Below, piece by piece: positions 20,321-29,799 of a stretch of 64,000 nt of DNA (its first letter is position 1; the number at the start of each line of letters is the position of its first letter). A program made the position numbers and the translations under genes. Source of the stretch: a virus; IMG/VR virus record IMGVR_UViG_3300042868_005520, positions 32,001-96,000 of that record. One strand, 5' to 3'. The notes beneath the pieces were generated by a model. That model did not search any database and was not told the origin of the DNA. It worked only from the letters and a program-made list of their open reading frames with translations.

Positions 20321-21178
20321 ATGGCAAAAATAATCACAAAATATTCAACGACTGGTGGCTCATCTCCAAGTGGTTTGACCACTGGCGAGTTGGCTGTGAA
20401 TATTTTAGACAAAAAACTGTATGTTGGTGGTGCAGCAGGACCTGTAAGTCTGTCTGATTCGTATGTAAACTCTTTTAATGGTAGAACAGGTGCAGTTCAG
20501 GGTGTGTCTGCCGCCAACGGACTTACAGGTGCGGTTACATGGGCAGCGGGTACAGGTCTAGATGTTTCCTCTGGTGGTGGAGCCATTACCTACGGAATTG
20601 GTGCGGGATTCGCACTACTACGCTCTGTTGGAAACACAGCCGCCTTGGATAATATATCTAATCCGAGCATTGGTGACTTGGTGTTTGTGCAGGATCGAGG
20701 AACTTACTACTACTGGGATTACTACGCCGCAGGAGGGACACTCGCGTGGATTAACATTAGTTTAATTTCAAATGCATTGCAAGGAGATCTGAACGGTGAC
20801 GGATCCGTTAATGGTGCAGACCTCGGCATTTTGCTTAATAGTTGGTCTGTACTATCTGGTAGCAATTCCTTGACTATCGGTGTTAAAGACGGCATAACAG
20901 GTGCTTTTAAAATATTTGCAGACGGAAGTGCCAATCCCAAGAAGCAAGAAATGGTTGTGGTGTCAACCCAAGGCACCACATCAGCATTCTCAGTAAACAC
21001 AGACACTCTGTATTTTACGGGATTAGTTGAAATAGACGGCGAGAATGTGGATAAGGTTGCGTTAACCGTCTACAACGGAAAAACAGAACTGTATGGCGAC
21101 ACCACCGTTAACGGAACCCTACAACTCCTTAACGGGGGAATTTCGGGTGGATTTATAGACGGTGGAACATTTGTATAA
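20321..21178 (+). CDS. Fibre-like protein with dockerin-like repeat
   Basis: PSGLTTGELAVN N-terminus; GDLNGDGSVNGADLGILLNSW; C-terminal IDGGTFV. Confidence 0.7.
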   Translation: MAKIITKYSTTGGSSPSGLTTGELAVNILDKKLYVGGAAGPVSLSDSYVNSFNGRTGAVQGVSAANGLTGAVTWAAGTGLDVSSGGGAITYGIGAGFALLRSVGNTAALDNISNPSIGDLVFVQDRGTYYYWDYYAAGGTLAWINISLISNALQGDLNGDGSVNGADLGILLNSWSVLSGSNSLTIGVKDGITGAFKIFADGSANPKKQEMVVVSTQGTTSAFSVNTDTLYFTGLVEIDGENVDKVALTVYNGKTELYGDTTVNGTLQLLNGGISGGFIDGGTFV

Positions 21179-21229
21179 TTACCTATATAGTAACAGCATA
21201 CTTTACTATTAACTTTTAAGGAACGTATC

Positions 21230-23281
21230 ATGGCAACTCAACTAACTTTCCGCAGAGGCACATCCGAACCAACTCAAGCATCAGGATTGACTCTTGGTGA
21301 ACCAGCGTTTAATACCTCGCTGAGTACTTTCCATATTGGAAGAGGTGCAGGTGTTACGGCTGCTTGGGTTGGTGCACAAATCAGTGGTCTGTCTACGGGC
21401 ATTGCTGCGGGACTTACCTTGCAGGTTCCAACCATGTCTGCGGTTAAAGACTATGTTGCAAGCACCACATCGGGTGTTGCCACTCTAAACAGTTTAACAG
21501 GCACAGTTACCCTTGCTGCTGGCACTAATATTGGAGTCACCACTGCTGGCAGTAGTATTACTGTTACGAACTTGGGTGTGCAAACCTTTAACGGACTCAC
21601 GGGTGCTGTTGGCGGTGTCACCACATCTGCTGCAAACACCTTTACCGCACTTAATACTTTCAACGCAGGTATTAGTGCTGCTGGTGGTGTGACTTTTGCA
21701 GGTGACATTGCAGTCAATGGTGGTGATATCACCACTTCAAGTGCTACTGCAACAGTATTTAACACAACTACAACTAACTTGAGTATTGGTAGTGCTGCTA
21801 CTACTTTGACAATGGGTGCTACTTCTGGTACTGCATCTATTAGAAACTCTAATATAATTTTGGGCACTTCGAGTAGCACCTTTATTGCAACACCTGTCAG
21901 TACTAATAATGACTTATATATTAGTCCATATGGAAATTTGTTATTAGCACCAAGTTCAAGTAGTGTAGGTGACGGTACATATGCATCAGTGGTTGTCACC
22001 AATAGTACTGATGCAGCAGGTCAAGTACAGATTGCTGGAGGTGATCTTTATCTTGGTACAAAATCTGTAGATGGAGCGGTGTTTACATCTGTCAATGTAA
22101 TATTTGAAGGTTCGGGGAATGCCGATTCCAACAAAACAACAGTAACTGTAGACAACCCAACAGCAAATCGTACAATCACCTTACCTAATGCTTCTGGTAC
22201 TGTTGCACTCACTAGTCAGTTAATGGGGGCAGTGAACGGCTCTACGGCTGCAACCAACGCAGTGACTTCTTTCAACGGACTCACTGGTGCAGTCACAGGT
22301 GCATCACTTGGTGCAAACACCTTTACTGGACTCAACACATTCAACTCAGGTATCACCACATCATTCATCTATGTTTCCACAGGATCCACCTTTGGTGCAC
22401 GAGTTGATGTTGCTGGTATTCTTGATGTTGTTGGTGGTGTCACAATGGAATCTACCAGTGATCATGCTGGTGCTGCCAGATTTGCTTCAACGCTTGTTTC
22501 CACAGGTTCAATAACCGCAAATGGTGGATTGACTGCTTCCACCCTTGATGTGAGTGGTACTGCCAGAACAACAGGCAACATGACTGTTGGTGCAACGCTC
22601 ACAGTCACGGGAAACTTACTTGTTAACGGCACAACAACCACGATTAACTCCACTACACTTTCAGTGGACGACAAAAATATTGTGCTTGCTGATGGTAATG
22701 TACTAGATGCATCCGCCGATGGTGGTGGTATTACTCTTAAAGGAGCCACAGATAAAACCTTTAATTGGGTGGATGGAACCGATTCGTGGACAAGCAGCGA
22801 ACACATGGATCTTGCCGCAACAAAGGTGTTCAAGATTGGAACAAGCACGGTTCTATCATCAAGTGCTCTTGGCAGTGGTGTTACTGGATCTAGTCTTACC
22901 GCAGTTGGAACACTCGCAACAGGCGTATGGCAAGCCACAGCGATTGGTGCAACCTACGGTGGTACGGGACTTACTTCATACACCATTGGTGATGTGATCT
23001 ACGCAAACGGCACAAGTTCTCTTGCTAAACTTACTACTACCACGGCAGGATATCTGCTGGCGGCAAACGGTGCTGGTGCTGCTCCTGAGTACAAGCAAGT
23101 ACTGATTAAAGACGCTGCTGCAAACTCTATTGCCACGATCCTATCTGGATCAGGAACTCTTACTGCTACTATTCAGAATGCTACCTCATCACTAAAGGGA
23201 GTTGCATCGTTTGATAACACAAACTTTACTGTTAGTACTGGAGCAGTTACGATTACAGGAGTAGACGGTGGCACTTACTGA
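21230..23281 (+). CDS. Tail-fibre-like repeat protein with Mtd-N-like N-terminus
   Basis: LTFRRG..GLTLGEP; shared repeats with 18091..20055; NRTITLPNASGT; C-terminal VDGGTY. Confidence 0.75.
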   Translation: MATQLTFRRGTSEPTQASGLTLGEPAFNTSLSTFHIGRGAGVTAAWVGAQISGLSTGIAAGLTLQVPTMSAVKDYVASTTSGVATLNSLTGTVTLAAGTNIGVTTAGSSITVTNLGVQTFNGLTGAVGGVTTSAANTFTALNTFNAGISAAGGVTFAGDIAVNGGDITTSSATATVFNTTTTNLSIGSAATTLTMGATSGTASIRNSNIILGTSSSTFIATPVSTNNDLYISPYGNLLLAPSSSSVGDGTYASVVVTNSTDAAGQVQIAGGDLYLGTKSVDGAVFTSVNVIFEGSGNADSNKTTVTVDNPTANRTITLPNASGTVALTSQLMGAVNGSTAATNAVTSFNGLTGAVTGASLGANTFTGLNTFNSGITTSFIYVSTGSTFGARVDVAGILDVVGGVTMESTSDHAGAARFASTLVSTGSITANGGLTASTLDVSGTARTTGNMTVGATLTVTGNLLVNGTTTTINSTTLSVDDKNIVLADGNVLDASADGGGITLKGATDKTFNWVDGTDSWTSSEHMDLAATKVFKIGTSTVLSSSALGSGVTGSSLTAVGTLATGVWQATAIGATYGGTGLTSYTIGDVIYANGTSSLAKLTTTTAGYLLAANGAGAAPEYKQVLIKDAAANSIATILSGSGTLTATIQNATSSLKGVASFDNTNFTVSTGAVTITGVDGGTY

Positions 23282-23367
23282 TTGAAAATATTACAGTGGT
23301 TGGGTAGCAGAGCGTAAAGGCTCTGCTGTCCACATACATACTACAGCCTCTTGAAAGGAGATATATT

Positions 23368-23886
23368 ATGGAAAGCAAGAACCCGAACGAAACTATTTTG
23401 ATTCCCCTTCTAAACAAGCGACTCACTGATCTTGTTGTTGCAAATATTTTAACTGAAGCGAAGTTACTGTACTGCGAAGAAGAGAAAACAGAACTAAAAA
23501 CACTGTTGGAGAAAGAGCAGACTGCGGCAAAGCAGTTGGTTGAAGACAACTCATCTGCTTTCTCCAAAGCACTACAAGAGCAAACGCAGAGCATTCGTGA
23601 TACCTGTGAGCAGGAAAAAACTGCTGTGCAACAGGCTGCGGAGCACAGCAAGCAAGAAATTGCTAAAAATTGGGAGCAAGAACTTGCAACCCAAACAGGA
23701 AACCTTAATGCAAGGATTAATGCCTTAACGGCAGAACTCCAATCATCCAATCAAATGGTTAGTTCTCTCCGTAAAGAAATTCGGGAGTTAACGGTACCAG
23801 TCGTTGTTGTGGAGGAAAAAACTACCACACAACCGAAGCGAAACAGCAAGAAACTGGCTCCTGCAATGAGTAGTGATACCTACTAA
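23368..23886 (+). CDS. Coiled-coil protein (paralogue of 20097..20312)
   Basis: AAGGAG SD; heptad-rich E/Q/K sequence. Confidence 0.7.
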   Translation: MESKNPNETILIPLLNKRLTDLVVANILTEAKLLYCEEEKTELKTLLEKEQTAAKQLVEDNSSAFSKALQEQTQSIRDTCEQEKTAVQQAAEHSKQEIAKNWEQELATQTGNLNARINALTAELQSSNQMVSSLRKEIRELTVPVVVVEEKTTTQPKRNSKKLAPAMSSDTY

Positions 23887-23907
23887 ATAGGGGTAGGAGA
23901 ATTTACA

Positions 23908-25581
23908 TTGGCAACACAAATTCAAATCAAGCGTGGCTCTACCACTCCAGCAGGACTAACTGTTGGCGAAAGTGCCATGAACACAAGCACCAACCAAATC
24001 TACTTGGGTGGAACGGGTGGAACTGTTTTGGTTGGTGGAGAAGTCACGGGTGGTGTAGACATGGGTGCAGGTTCGGCTGTTTCTGCCAATCGCATTCCCA
24101 CACAGAGTGGTGTCTACAACTATGTTCGCAATAGTACCGTTACTTCGTTTAATGGACTCACAGGAGCCGTGGGTGGTGTTACCACATCTGCTGCAAACAC
24201 CTTTACGGCACTCAATACTTTCAATGCAGGTATTAGTGCAGCAGGATCCACTTTCTCGTCCACCACAAACACACTTGATGTGATTGCGTCAACAGAAGGC
24301 GCAGGGCTTCGCATCGCAAAGGCTGTTACAGGAACAAACAGCAGAGTTGGTGGAATTCGTCTAGGCAGATCGGGTACTACTGCAAGCAACACATATCTTG
24401 AAGGTAGTGCTGGTACATTTACTATTTACAACGGAGTAGACAACACAGCCAATGCTTTTGCATTATTCTCTAGTACAGCATTCACTATTGGTGCTACTAC
24501 AGCCTCTCAAATGAACCTGAACTGTCCAGGGACAGTGCAGATTGGTGATGCTACTGGTACTGTTACACTACACGGTCAAAAGTTCACACTTGACGGTTCA
24601 ACACGCTTCTTTACTTTTGGTGATAATAGTGGTACTACCGCAGGATTCGTGGGCATAAACCGCGCATACAACGGTCTGTGTGCAGACTACGCCCTTGAAG
24701 TAAACAGCCCCACTGGCAAGGGCTTGCAGTTAATCTACAACGATAACACGGGGGCTGCGTCCAACTGGGTGAACATGGATGTGAGCAGCGGTGGTAACTA
24801 CACACTGCGTCCAAGCGGTGGCTTGGCTACGGTTACGGGAACGCTGAATGTGTCTGCTGGTGTTTGTGCTGCTGGTGCAACATTCTCAGGTAATGTGACA
24901 GCCCAAAGTACATTGTATACTGATAATATACAAGCCATAGGAAATCAAATAAATATTGCTAATGTAGCAAGTGGTAGAGTTGCTTTTGGTGACTACGATG
25001 GTGCTGGCAACTCTACTTTTGTGTTTATAAGAGATGCTACATCTAGTCTATTAATTTCAAATCCAAATGGGGTTGTCGGAATTGGTGATCCTAACAATGT
25101 GGGCAGCGGATATGCCCTATTATATGATGCTGCTGTTGGATCCTTGGACGGTAATAATTCTTCTCTTACTAATTTTAGTAGTGGAGATTTCAATGGTCGT
25201 CTTGATATGAATGGTGGGTACTCCGAACGGGGTGCCACGGCTTCACAGGCAACAAACACCATAACATTCAATGCTGCTTCAGGAAACACACAGAAGTTTG
25301 TTCCTAGTGCAGTGGTCAACACCGTTAATTTTACTAATATAAACACCGCCTCAACACAATGCACATCCGCAACTCTAATATTCCTTCACGGTGCAACTCC
25401 TTACGGACTTACTACGGGAACATTCTCTGTGCAACTAGCGGGAGTAACCAAAACTGTGAAGTGGTCTGGCGGATCTGCACCAACGCTAACAAACACTGCA
25501 AACAAAACAGATATTCTTAACTTCCTGACATATGATGGTGGAACTACTTGGCTTGGATTTGTTGGAGGTCTGAATTTCTAA
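23908..25581 (+). CDS. Tail-fibre-like protein with Mtd-N-like N-terminus
   Basis: TTG start after AGGAG; IQIKRG..GLTVGE; C-terminal VKWSGGSAPTLT..DILNFLTYDGGTTW fibre-tip module. Confidence 0.75.
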   Translation: MATQIQIKRGSTTPAGLTVGESAMNTSTNQIYLGGTGGTVLVGGEVTGGVDMGAGSAVSANRIPTQSGVYNYVRNSTVTSFNGLTGAVGGVTTSAANTFTALNTFNAGISAAGSTFSSTTNTLDVIASTEGAGLRIAKAVTGTNSRVGGIRLGRSGTTASNTYLEGSAGTFTIYNGVDNTANAFALFSSTAFTIGATTASQMNLNCPGTVQIGDATGTVTLHGQKFTLDGSTRFFTFGDNSGTTAGFVGINRAYNGLCADYALEVNSPTGKGLQLIYNDNTGAASNWVNMDVSSGGNYTLRPSGGLATVTGTLNVSAGVCAAGATFSGNVTAQSTLYTDNIQAIGNQINIANVASGRVAFGDYDGAGNSTFVFIRDATSSLLISNPNGVVGIGDPNNVGSGYALLYDAAVGSLDGNNSSLTNFSSGDFNGRLDMNGGYSERGATASQATNTITFNAASGNTQKFVPSAVVNTVNFTNINTASTQCTSATLIFLHGATPYGLTTGTFSVQLAGVTKTVKWSGGSAPTLTNTANKTDILNFLTYDGGTTWLGFVGGLNF

Positions 25582-25982
25582 TGTTTCCATCAAAGGTAGG
25601 TTTTCACTCCTCTATTCTTACTCCGAGGCTGACCAGTACTCTTGGGGCTTTGAGCAGAGGCGTAGGCAATTACGGTACGATGGGGTATGTTCTCATGGGT
25701 AACATAAACAAGCGTGAAAGATTTTTCGTAACAACAACGAATGCTAACATTACAGTTCAAATAGAAACTACAAGCACATCAGCAAATCCTTTTTCTGTGA
25801 TTACAGGAACAAATGCGTTTGCTACTCCTATTGAATTAAAAATCAACAATGGAGAGTATATTCATATTGGTATGAAGGGATCCGTTGTAGGTACTGGAAC
25901 TTTATCCTTGCGTTCAAATAGTTCTACAGGAACAATTTTGGCAAGCGTTGCATACCAAGTTATCACTGGTGGCAGAGGCTAA
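25581..25982 (+). CDS. Hypothetical fibre-associated protein
   Basis: TAATG coupling, GGAGG SD, followed by a terminator. Confidence 0.55.
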   Translation: MFPSKVGFHSSILTPRLTSTLGALSRGVGNYGTMGYVLMGNINKRERFFVTTTNANITVQIETTSTSANPFSVITGTNAFATPIELKINNGEYIHIGMKGSVVGTGTLSLRSNSSTGTILASVAYQVITGGRG

Positions 25983-26006
25983 ACCAAATAATCATCCGAA
26001 TACTTT

Positions 26007-26030
26007 AGAGGGGCGAAAGCCCCTCTTTTT
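26007..26030 (+). terminator. Rho-independent terminator
   Basis: AGAGGGGC-GAAA-GCCCCTCT followed by a T-run. Confidence 0.85.
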
Positions 26031-26078
26031 GTTATGATTTGCTCTACATACTCTACCTAATCAACACAGGAGTTCGCT

Positions 26079-27998
26079 ATGAAATCACTTCCCACGCTGT
26101 ACCAATCTTTCATTCACCTTTCACGCTATTCTCGTTGGCTTGACACCGAAGGACGGCGTGAGTCATGGGAGGAAACAGTTGACCGCTATTTCCGCTTCTT
26201 TGATGAACACTTTGCGGAAAAGGGTGTAAAACTAAATAAGACTATACGCGATGAGTTGCGTGATGCAGTTTTAAATTTAGAAGTAATGCCTTCTATGCGT
26301 TCACTAATGACCGCAGGAGAAGCACTGAAGCGTGACAACACGGCAGGATACAACTGCTCGTATGTTGCCGTAAACAAGGTTCGTGCCTTTGATGAGATTC
26401 TGTATGTTCTCATGTGTGGCACAGGAGTTGGCTTTAGTGTAGAAAGGCAGTATGTTGAAAAACTTCCTACAATTGCTGAAGAGTTTACACAAAGCGATAC
26501 GCTCATTGTGGTCAAAGACTCCAAAGAAGGTTGGGCAAAAGCCTACCGCGAGTTGGTGTCCCTACTTATTGGAGGTCAAATCCCCCGATGGGACACCTCT
26601 AAAATTCGTCCTCTTGGTGCGCGTCTCAAAACTTTCGGTGGACGCGCAAGTGGACCGCAACCACTGGAAGACCTCTTCCGATTTACCGTCAGTACTTTTA
26701 AGAAGAGTGCTGGCAGAAAACTCACATCTATCGAATGCCACGACATTATCTGTAAGATTGCGGAAATTGTCGTGGTCGGCGGAGTGCGTAGATCTGCTCT
26801 TATCTCTCTCTCGAACCTCACCGATGAGCGAATGCGTGATGCTAAAGTGGGGCAGTGGTGGTTGGAAAACCCACAGCGAGCGTTAGCAAACAATTCGGTT
26901 TCATACAAAGAGAAGCCAGAGATTGGCGTGTTCATGGAAGAGTGGCTGTCACTCTACAAGTCCAAGAGCGGAGAACGGGGCATCTTTAATCGTCAGGCTG
27001 CACAGAAAACTGTGGAGAAACTTGGTGATCGCCGTGATGCCACTTACGAGTTTGGTACGAACCCCTGCTCCGAGATTATTCTGCGTGACAAGGAGTTCTG
27101 CAATCTGAGCGAAGTCATTGTTCGTGCAGACGATACCCCCGAAACTCTAAAGCGCAAGATTCGTCTTGCCACCATTCTTGGCACATGGCAAGCCTCGCTC
27201 ACGAATTTCCCGTACCTGTCAAGTGAGTGGAAGAAGAACTGCGAAGAAGAGTGCTTGCTTGGTGTTTCACTCACAGGCATTCTTGACAACAAACTCATGC
27301 GTGATCAGGGTGCTGAATTGGAAAGACTGCTTGCTGGTCTTCGTGCCACTGCTGTTGAAACGAACAAGGAGTGGGCAAAGAAGATTGGTATTAATCCTGC
27401 TGCTGCGATTACTTGCGTGAAGCCTAGTGGAACGGTGTCTCAGTTAACTGATTCCGCAAGCGGTATTCACGCTCGTCACAACGAGTACTACATTCGTACT
27501 GTTCGTGCAGATCGCAAGGATCCCATGTGTCAGTTTATGATTGACAAGGGATTCCCTGCTGAACCGTGTGCCATGCGCCCTGATCACACAATGGTGTTCT
27601 CGTTTCCGCAGAAGGCAGTGGGATCTGTCACGCGCACAGACTTGACTGCTATTGCTCATCTAGAGTTGTGGCTCACCTATCAGCGGCACTTCTGTGAACA
27701 CAAGCCGTCCATCACCGTGACTGTCAAGGAGTACGAGTGGATGGCGGTGGGTGCGTGGGTGTACGATCACTTTGATGAAGTGTCAGGTGTGAGTTTCTTG
27801 CCCCACTCCGATCACTCCTATGTTCAGGCTCCGTATCAGGACTGTACAAAAGAAGAGTACGAAGCAGCAGCAGCAAAACTGCCCCTGTCTATTGACTGGA
27901 GCGAGTTGACGAAGTACGAGAAGGAAGACACTACCAAGGGCACACAAACCTTTGCGTGTAGTGCTGGCTCGTGTGAAGTAGTAGATTTGACTAATTAA
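26079..27998 (+). CDS. nrdJ: Class II (adenosylcobalamin-dependent) ribonucleotide reductase
   Basis: YNCSY, GTGVGFS, GGVRRSA, TNPCSEI, CVKPSGT, C-terminal CSAGSC; no class I beta subunit adjacent. Confidence 0.9.
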   Translation: MKSLPTLYQSFIHLSRYSRWLDTEGRRESWEETVDRYFRFFDEHFAEKGVKLNKTIRDELRDAVLNLEVMPSMRSLMTAGEALKRDNTAGYNCSYVAVNKVRAFDEILYVLMCGTGVGFSVERQYVEKLPTIAEEFTQSDTLIVVKDSKEGWAKAYRELVSLLIGGQIPRWDTSKIRPLGARLKTFGGRASGPQPLEDLFRFTVSTFKKSAGRKLTSIECHDIICKIAEIVVVGGVRRSALISLSNLTDERMRDAKVGQWWLENPQRALANNSVSYKEKPEIGVFMEEWLSLYKSKSGERGIFNRQAAQKTVEKLGDRRDATYEFGTNPCSEIILRDKEFCNLSEVIVRADDTPETLKRKIRLATILGTWQASLTNFPYLSSEWKKNCEEECLLGVSLTGILDNKLMRDQGAELERLLAGLRATAVETNKEWAKKIGINPAAAITCVKPSGTVSQLTDSASGIHARHNEYYIRTVRADRKDPMCQFMIDKGFPAEPCAMRPDHTMVFSFPQKAVGSVTRTDLTAIAHLELWLTYQRHFCEHKPSITVTVKEYEWMAVGAWVYDHFDEVSGVSFLPHSDHSYVQAPYQDCTKEEYEAAAAKLPLSIDWSELTKYEKEDTTKGTQTFACSAGSCEVVDLTN

Positions 27999-28042
27999 AA
28001 AATCTAGACATTTTTACTCGACAGCCTCTTCTAAATAATAGT

Positions 28043-28807
28043 ATGAAGAGGCGCGTAGTCCAATCTCTTCTGATGGCTCTAGCACTCGTCTTGCTGCAAG
28101 CCTGTGTTCAAGATATAACTGCCGCTGCGCCGAAGAGCGTGGAGCCGCCGAAGAGCGGGGCAGTCGATCCAATGGCAGAAGCCCCTGTGGAGACTCAGTT
28201 CTTCATGAGGGGTTTCTCGCCGTTGGCGGCAGACGAGGAAGCCGCTGTGGGGCATCTAGAGGGCGAGAACGGGGAGGTAATAGGTAGTGCCGTTCTCATT
28301 GCTCCCGATGAAATCCTTACAGCAGGACACTGCCTAGACGATACGGGGGCAGCGTGGTTCTCCACTGGCAACCACTGCTACAGAATAATTAAACACACCA
28401 CCCATCCGTTTTATAAAATTGGTGACACCATGCTGTACGATGTGGCAGTGGCGTGGCTAGAGGAACCGTGCGGTGTTCAACCCCTTCGGGTGGTGACAGC
28501 ACCCCATTATTTCACTCGTACCGAACCACTCACCGTTATAGGATTTGGTGGGGGCATTAAGCGTAGAAGCAATCCCAACACATTCCACTACTTTGGAACG
28601 GTGGTGGAAGACCCCACATACTTTAAGTTTATTCCCTTTGAGGGCACCGTTTGGTTTGGTGACTCAGGTGGTGCAGTCATAGATGCCAACGGAGTACTTG
28701 TAGGGATTGTGTCTTCATTTACTATATTCAACGGTCACTTGTACGAAAATTCCGCAACTCGTTTGGATCTCGTAAGCGATTGGATCGCAGAACAGAAGGG
28801 CAAATGA
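28043..28807 (+). CDS. Trypsin-like (S1) serine protease, predicted lipoprotein
   Basis: Signal peptide with lipobox LQAC; LTAGHC, YDVAV, GDSGG catalytic triad motifs. Confidence 0.85.
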   Translation: MKRRVVQSLLMALALVLLQACVQDITAAAPKSVEPPKSGAVDPMAEAPVETQFFMRGFSPLAADEEAAVGHLEGENGEVIGSAVLIAPDEILTAGHCLDDTGAAWFSTGNHCYRIIKHTTHPFYKIGDTMLYDVAVAWLEEPCGVQPLRVVTAPHYFTRTEPLTVIGFGGGIKRRSNPNTFHYFGTVVEDPTYFKFIPFEGTVWFGDSGGAVIDANGVLVGIVSSFTIFNGHLYENSATRLDLVSDWIAEQKGK

Positions 28808-28890
28808 AACTCACCCAAATTCAGCGTGTGCTTCTTGGTGCTTGCAGTTTTTTAGTTGGTGTTTTACTGGCTCGCGCAGTAGGTTTCTAG
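28804..28890 (+). CDS. 28-aa single-TM membrane peptide
   Basis: Manual translation MKLTQIQRVLLGACSFLVGVLLARAVGF; ATGA-coupled to the protease stop, fills the gap. Confidence 0.5.
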   Translation: MKLTQIQRVLLGACSFLVGVLLARAVGF

Positions 28891-28911
28891 TATTGCACCA
28901 TAAATACTTAC

Positions 28912-29490
28912 ATGATACTAGCGGGAATAGATTACTCATTGTGTGGACCAGCCGTGTGCCTGTTCAAGTCGAACGCCACGGGGAAATTTTCATACAGTGG
29001 ATGCTCATTTTTTTTCCTTACTGAGAACAAGCGGCAATCGGAAATTCGTTGCATGAATGTGTTTGGTGAGCGGCTGAGTGATTGGAACTCAGACGAACAC
29101 CGCTACGAAAGCATTGCAGATTGGGCTGTGGACATTGTAATGGGCTGCTCCCATGTGGCTCTTGAAGGCTACGCGTACTCCGCTAGTGGCAGGGTGTTTC
29201 AGATTGCCGAGAACACAGGCATCTTAAAATATAAACTGTACCTGTTAAGCATTCCTGTTACGGTGATTCCTCCCACCGAAATAAAGAAGTTCGCCACAGG
29301 CAAGGGCAATGCAGACAAGAACGCCATGTACGCGGCGTTCTCGCATGAAACAGGAGTTAATCTAAAGTCGGTGCTGACACCAAAACGAGCAGACTCAGTG
29401 AGTCCTGTTTCGGATATTGTTGACTCGTACTACATCTGCAAGCGAATGTTTGAATCGCTTCCCGAAGAATTACGCTGCGAAACCGATTAA
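28912..29490 (+). CDS. RuvC-like Holliday junction resolvase
   Basis: LAGIDYS, VALEGYAY, IAENTG, PTEIKKFATGKGNADK, DIVDSY. Confidence 0.85.
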   Translation: MILAGIDYSLCGPAVCLFKSNATGKFSYSGCSFFFLTENKRQSEIRCMNVFGERLSDWNSDEHRYESIADWAVDIVMGCSHVALEGYAYSASGRVFQIAENTGILKYKLYLLSIPVTVIPPTEIKKFATGKGNADKNAMYAAFSHETGVNLKSVLTPKRADSVSPVSDIVDSYYICKRMFESLPEELRCETD

Positions 29491-29789
29491 GGAGTCGGCA
29501 GGTCTACGGTGTTGGGAGTTGATACGGGAGCAGCCTTTGGAGTTTTGGGGGCAGCGTTGTCTCGCTTGCGACCAAAGAATTCCTTCCACGCCCACGCCAC
29601 AACCAAGAACACAATGGGAAGATACCACAGTATCCATCCCCAATTGCCGACAATCTTGTCGCCGCTCAGGATGTCGTGCTTGAGTTTCAGCATGACAGGA
29701 CTGTCTGATGTGGTATCAGGAATAATAATGGGGGAGGTGTTGCATCCCGCAAGGAAGAGCAAACAAAGAATATAGTTTAGTTTAGACAT
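29487..29789 (-). CDS. Lipoprotein with C-terminal TM helix (possible unimolecular spanin)
   Basis: ATG 29789 after AAGGAG; lipobox LAGC; TM WGWILWYLPIVFLVVAWAW; directly downstream of the holin-like gene. Confidence 0.55.
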   Translation of the reverse strand: MSKLNYILCLLFLAGCNTSPIIIPDTTSDSPVMLKLKHDILSGDKIVGNWGWILWYLPIVFLVVAWAWKEFFGRKRDNAAPKTPKAAPVSTPNTVDLPTP

Positions 29790-29799
29790 GGCTTCTCCT

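Noticed and set aside
16580-23281. Ubiquitin-like conjugation via C-terminal GG motifs
   Set aside because: The GG is followed by two or three residues, the proteins are not beta-grasp-like, and no E1/E2/JAB genes are present.
16608-25581. Diversity-generating retroelement suggested by Mtd-N-like heads and repeated segments
   Set aside because: No reverse transcriptase in the window, and mismatches between the repeats are not confined to adenines.
7275-27998. Inteins or introns in the polymerase, helicase or RNR
   Set aside because: Proteins are of normal length with contiguous motifs and no intein splice-junction signatures.
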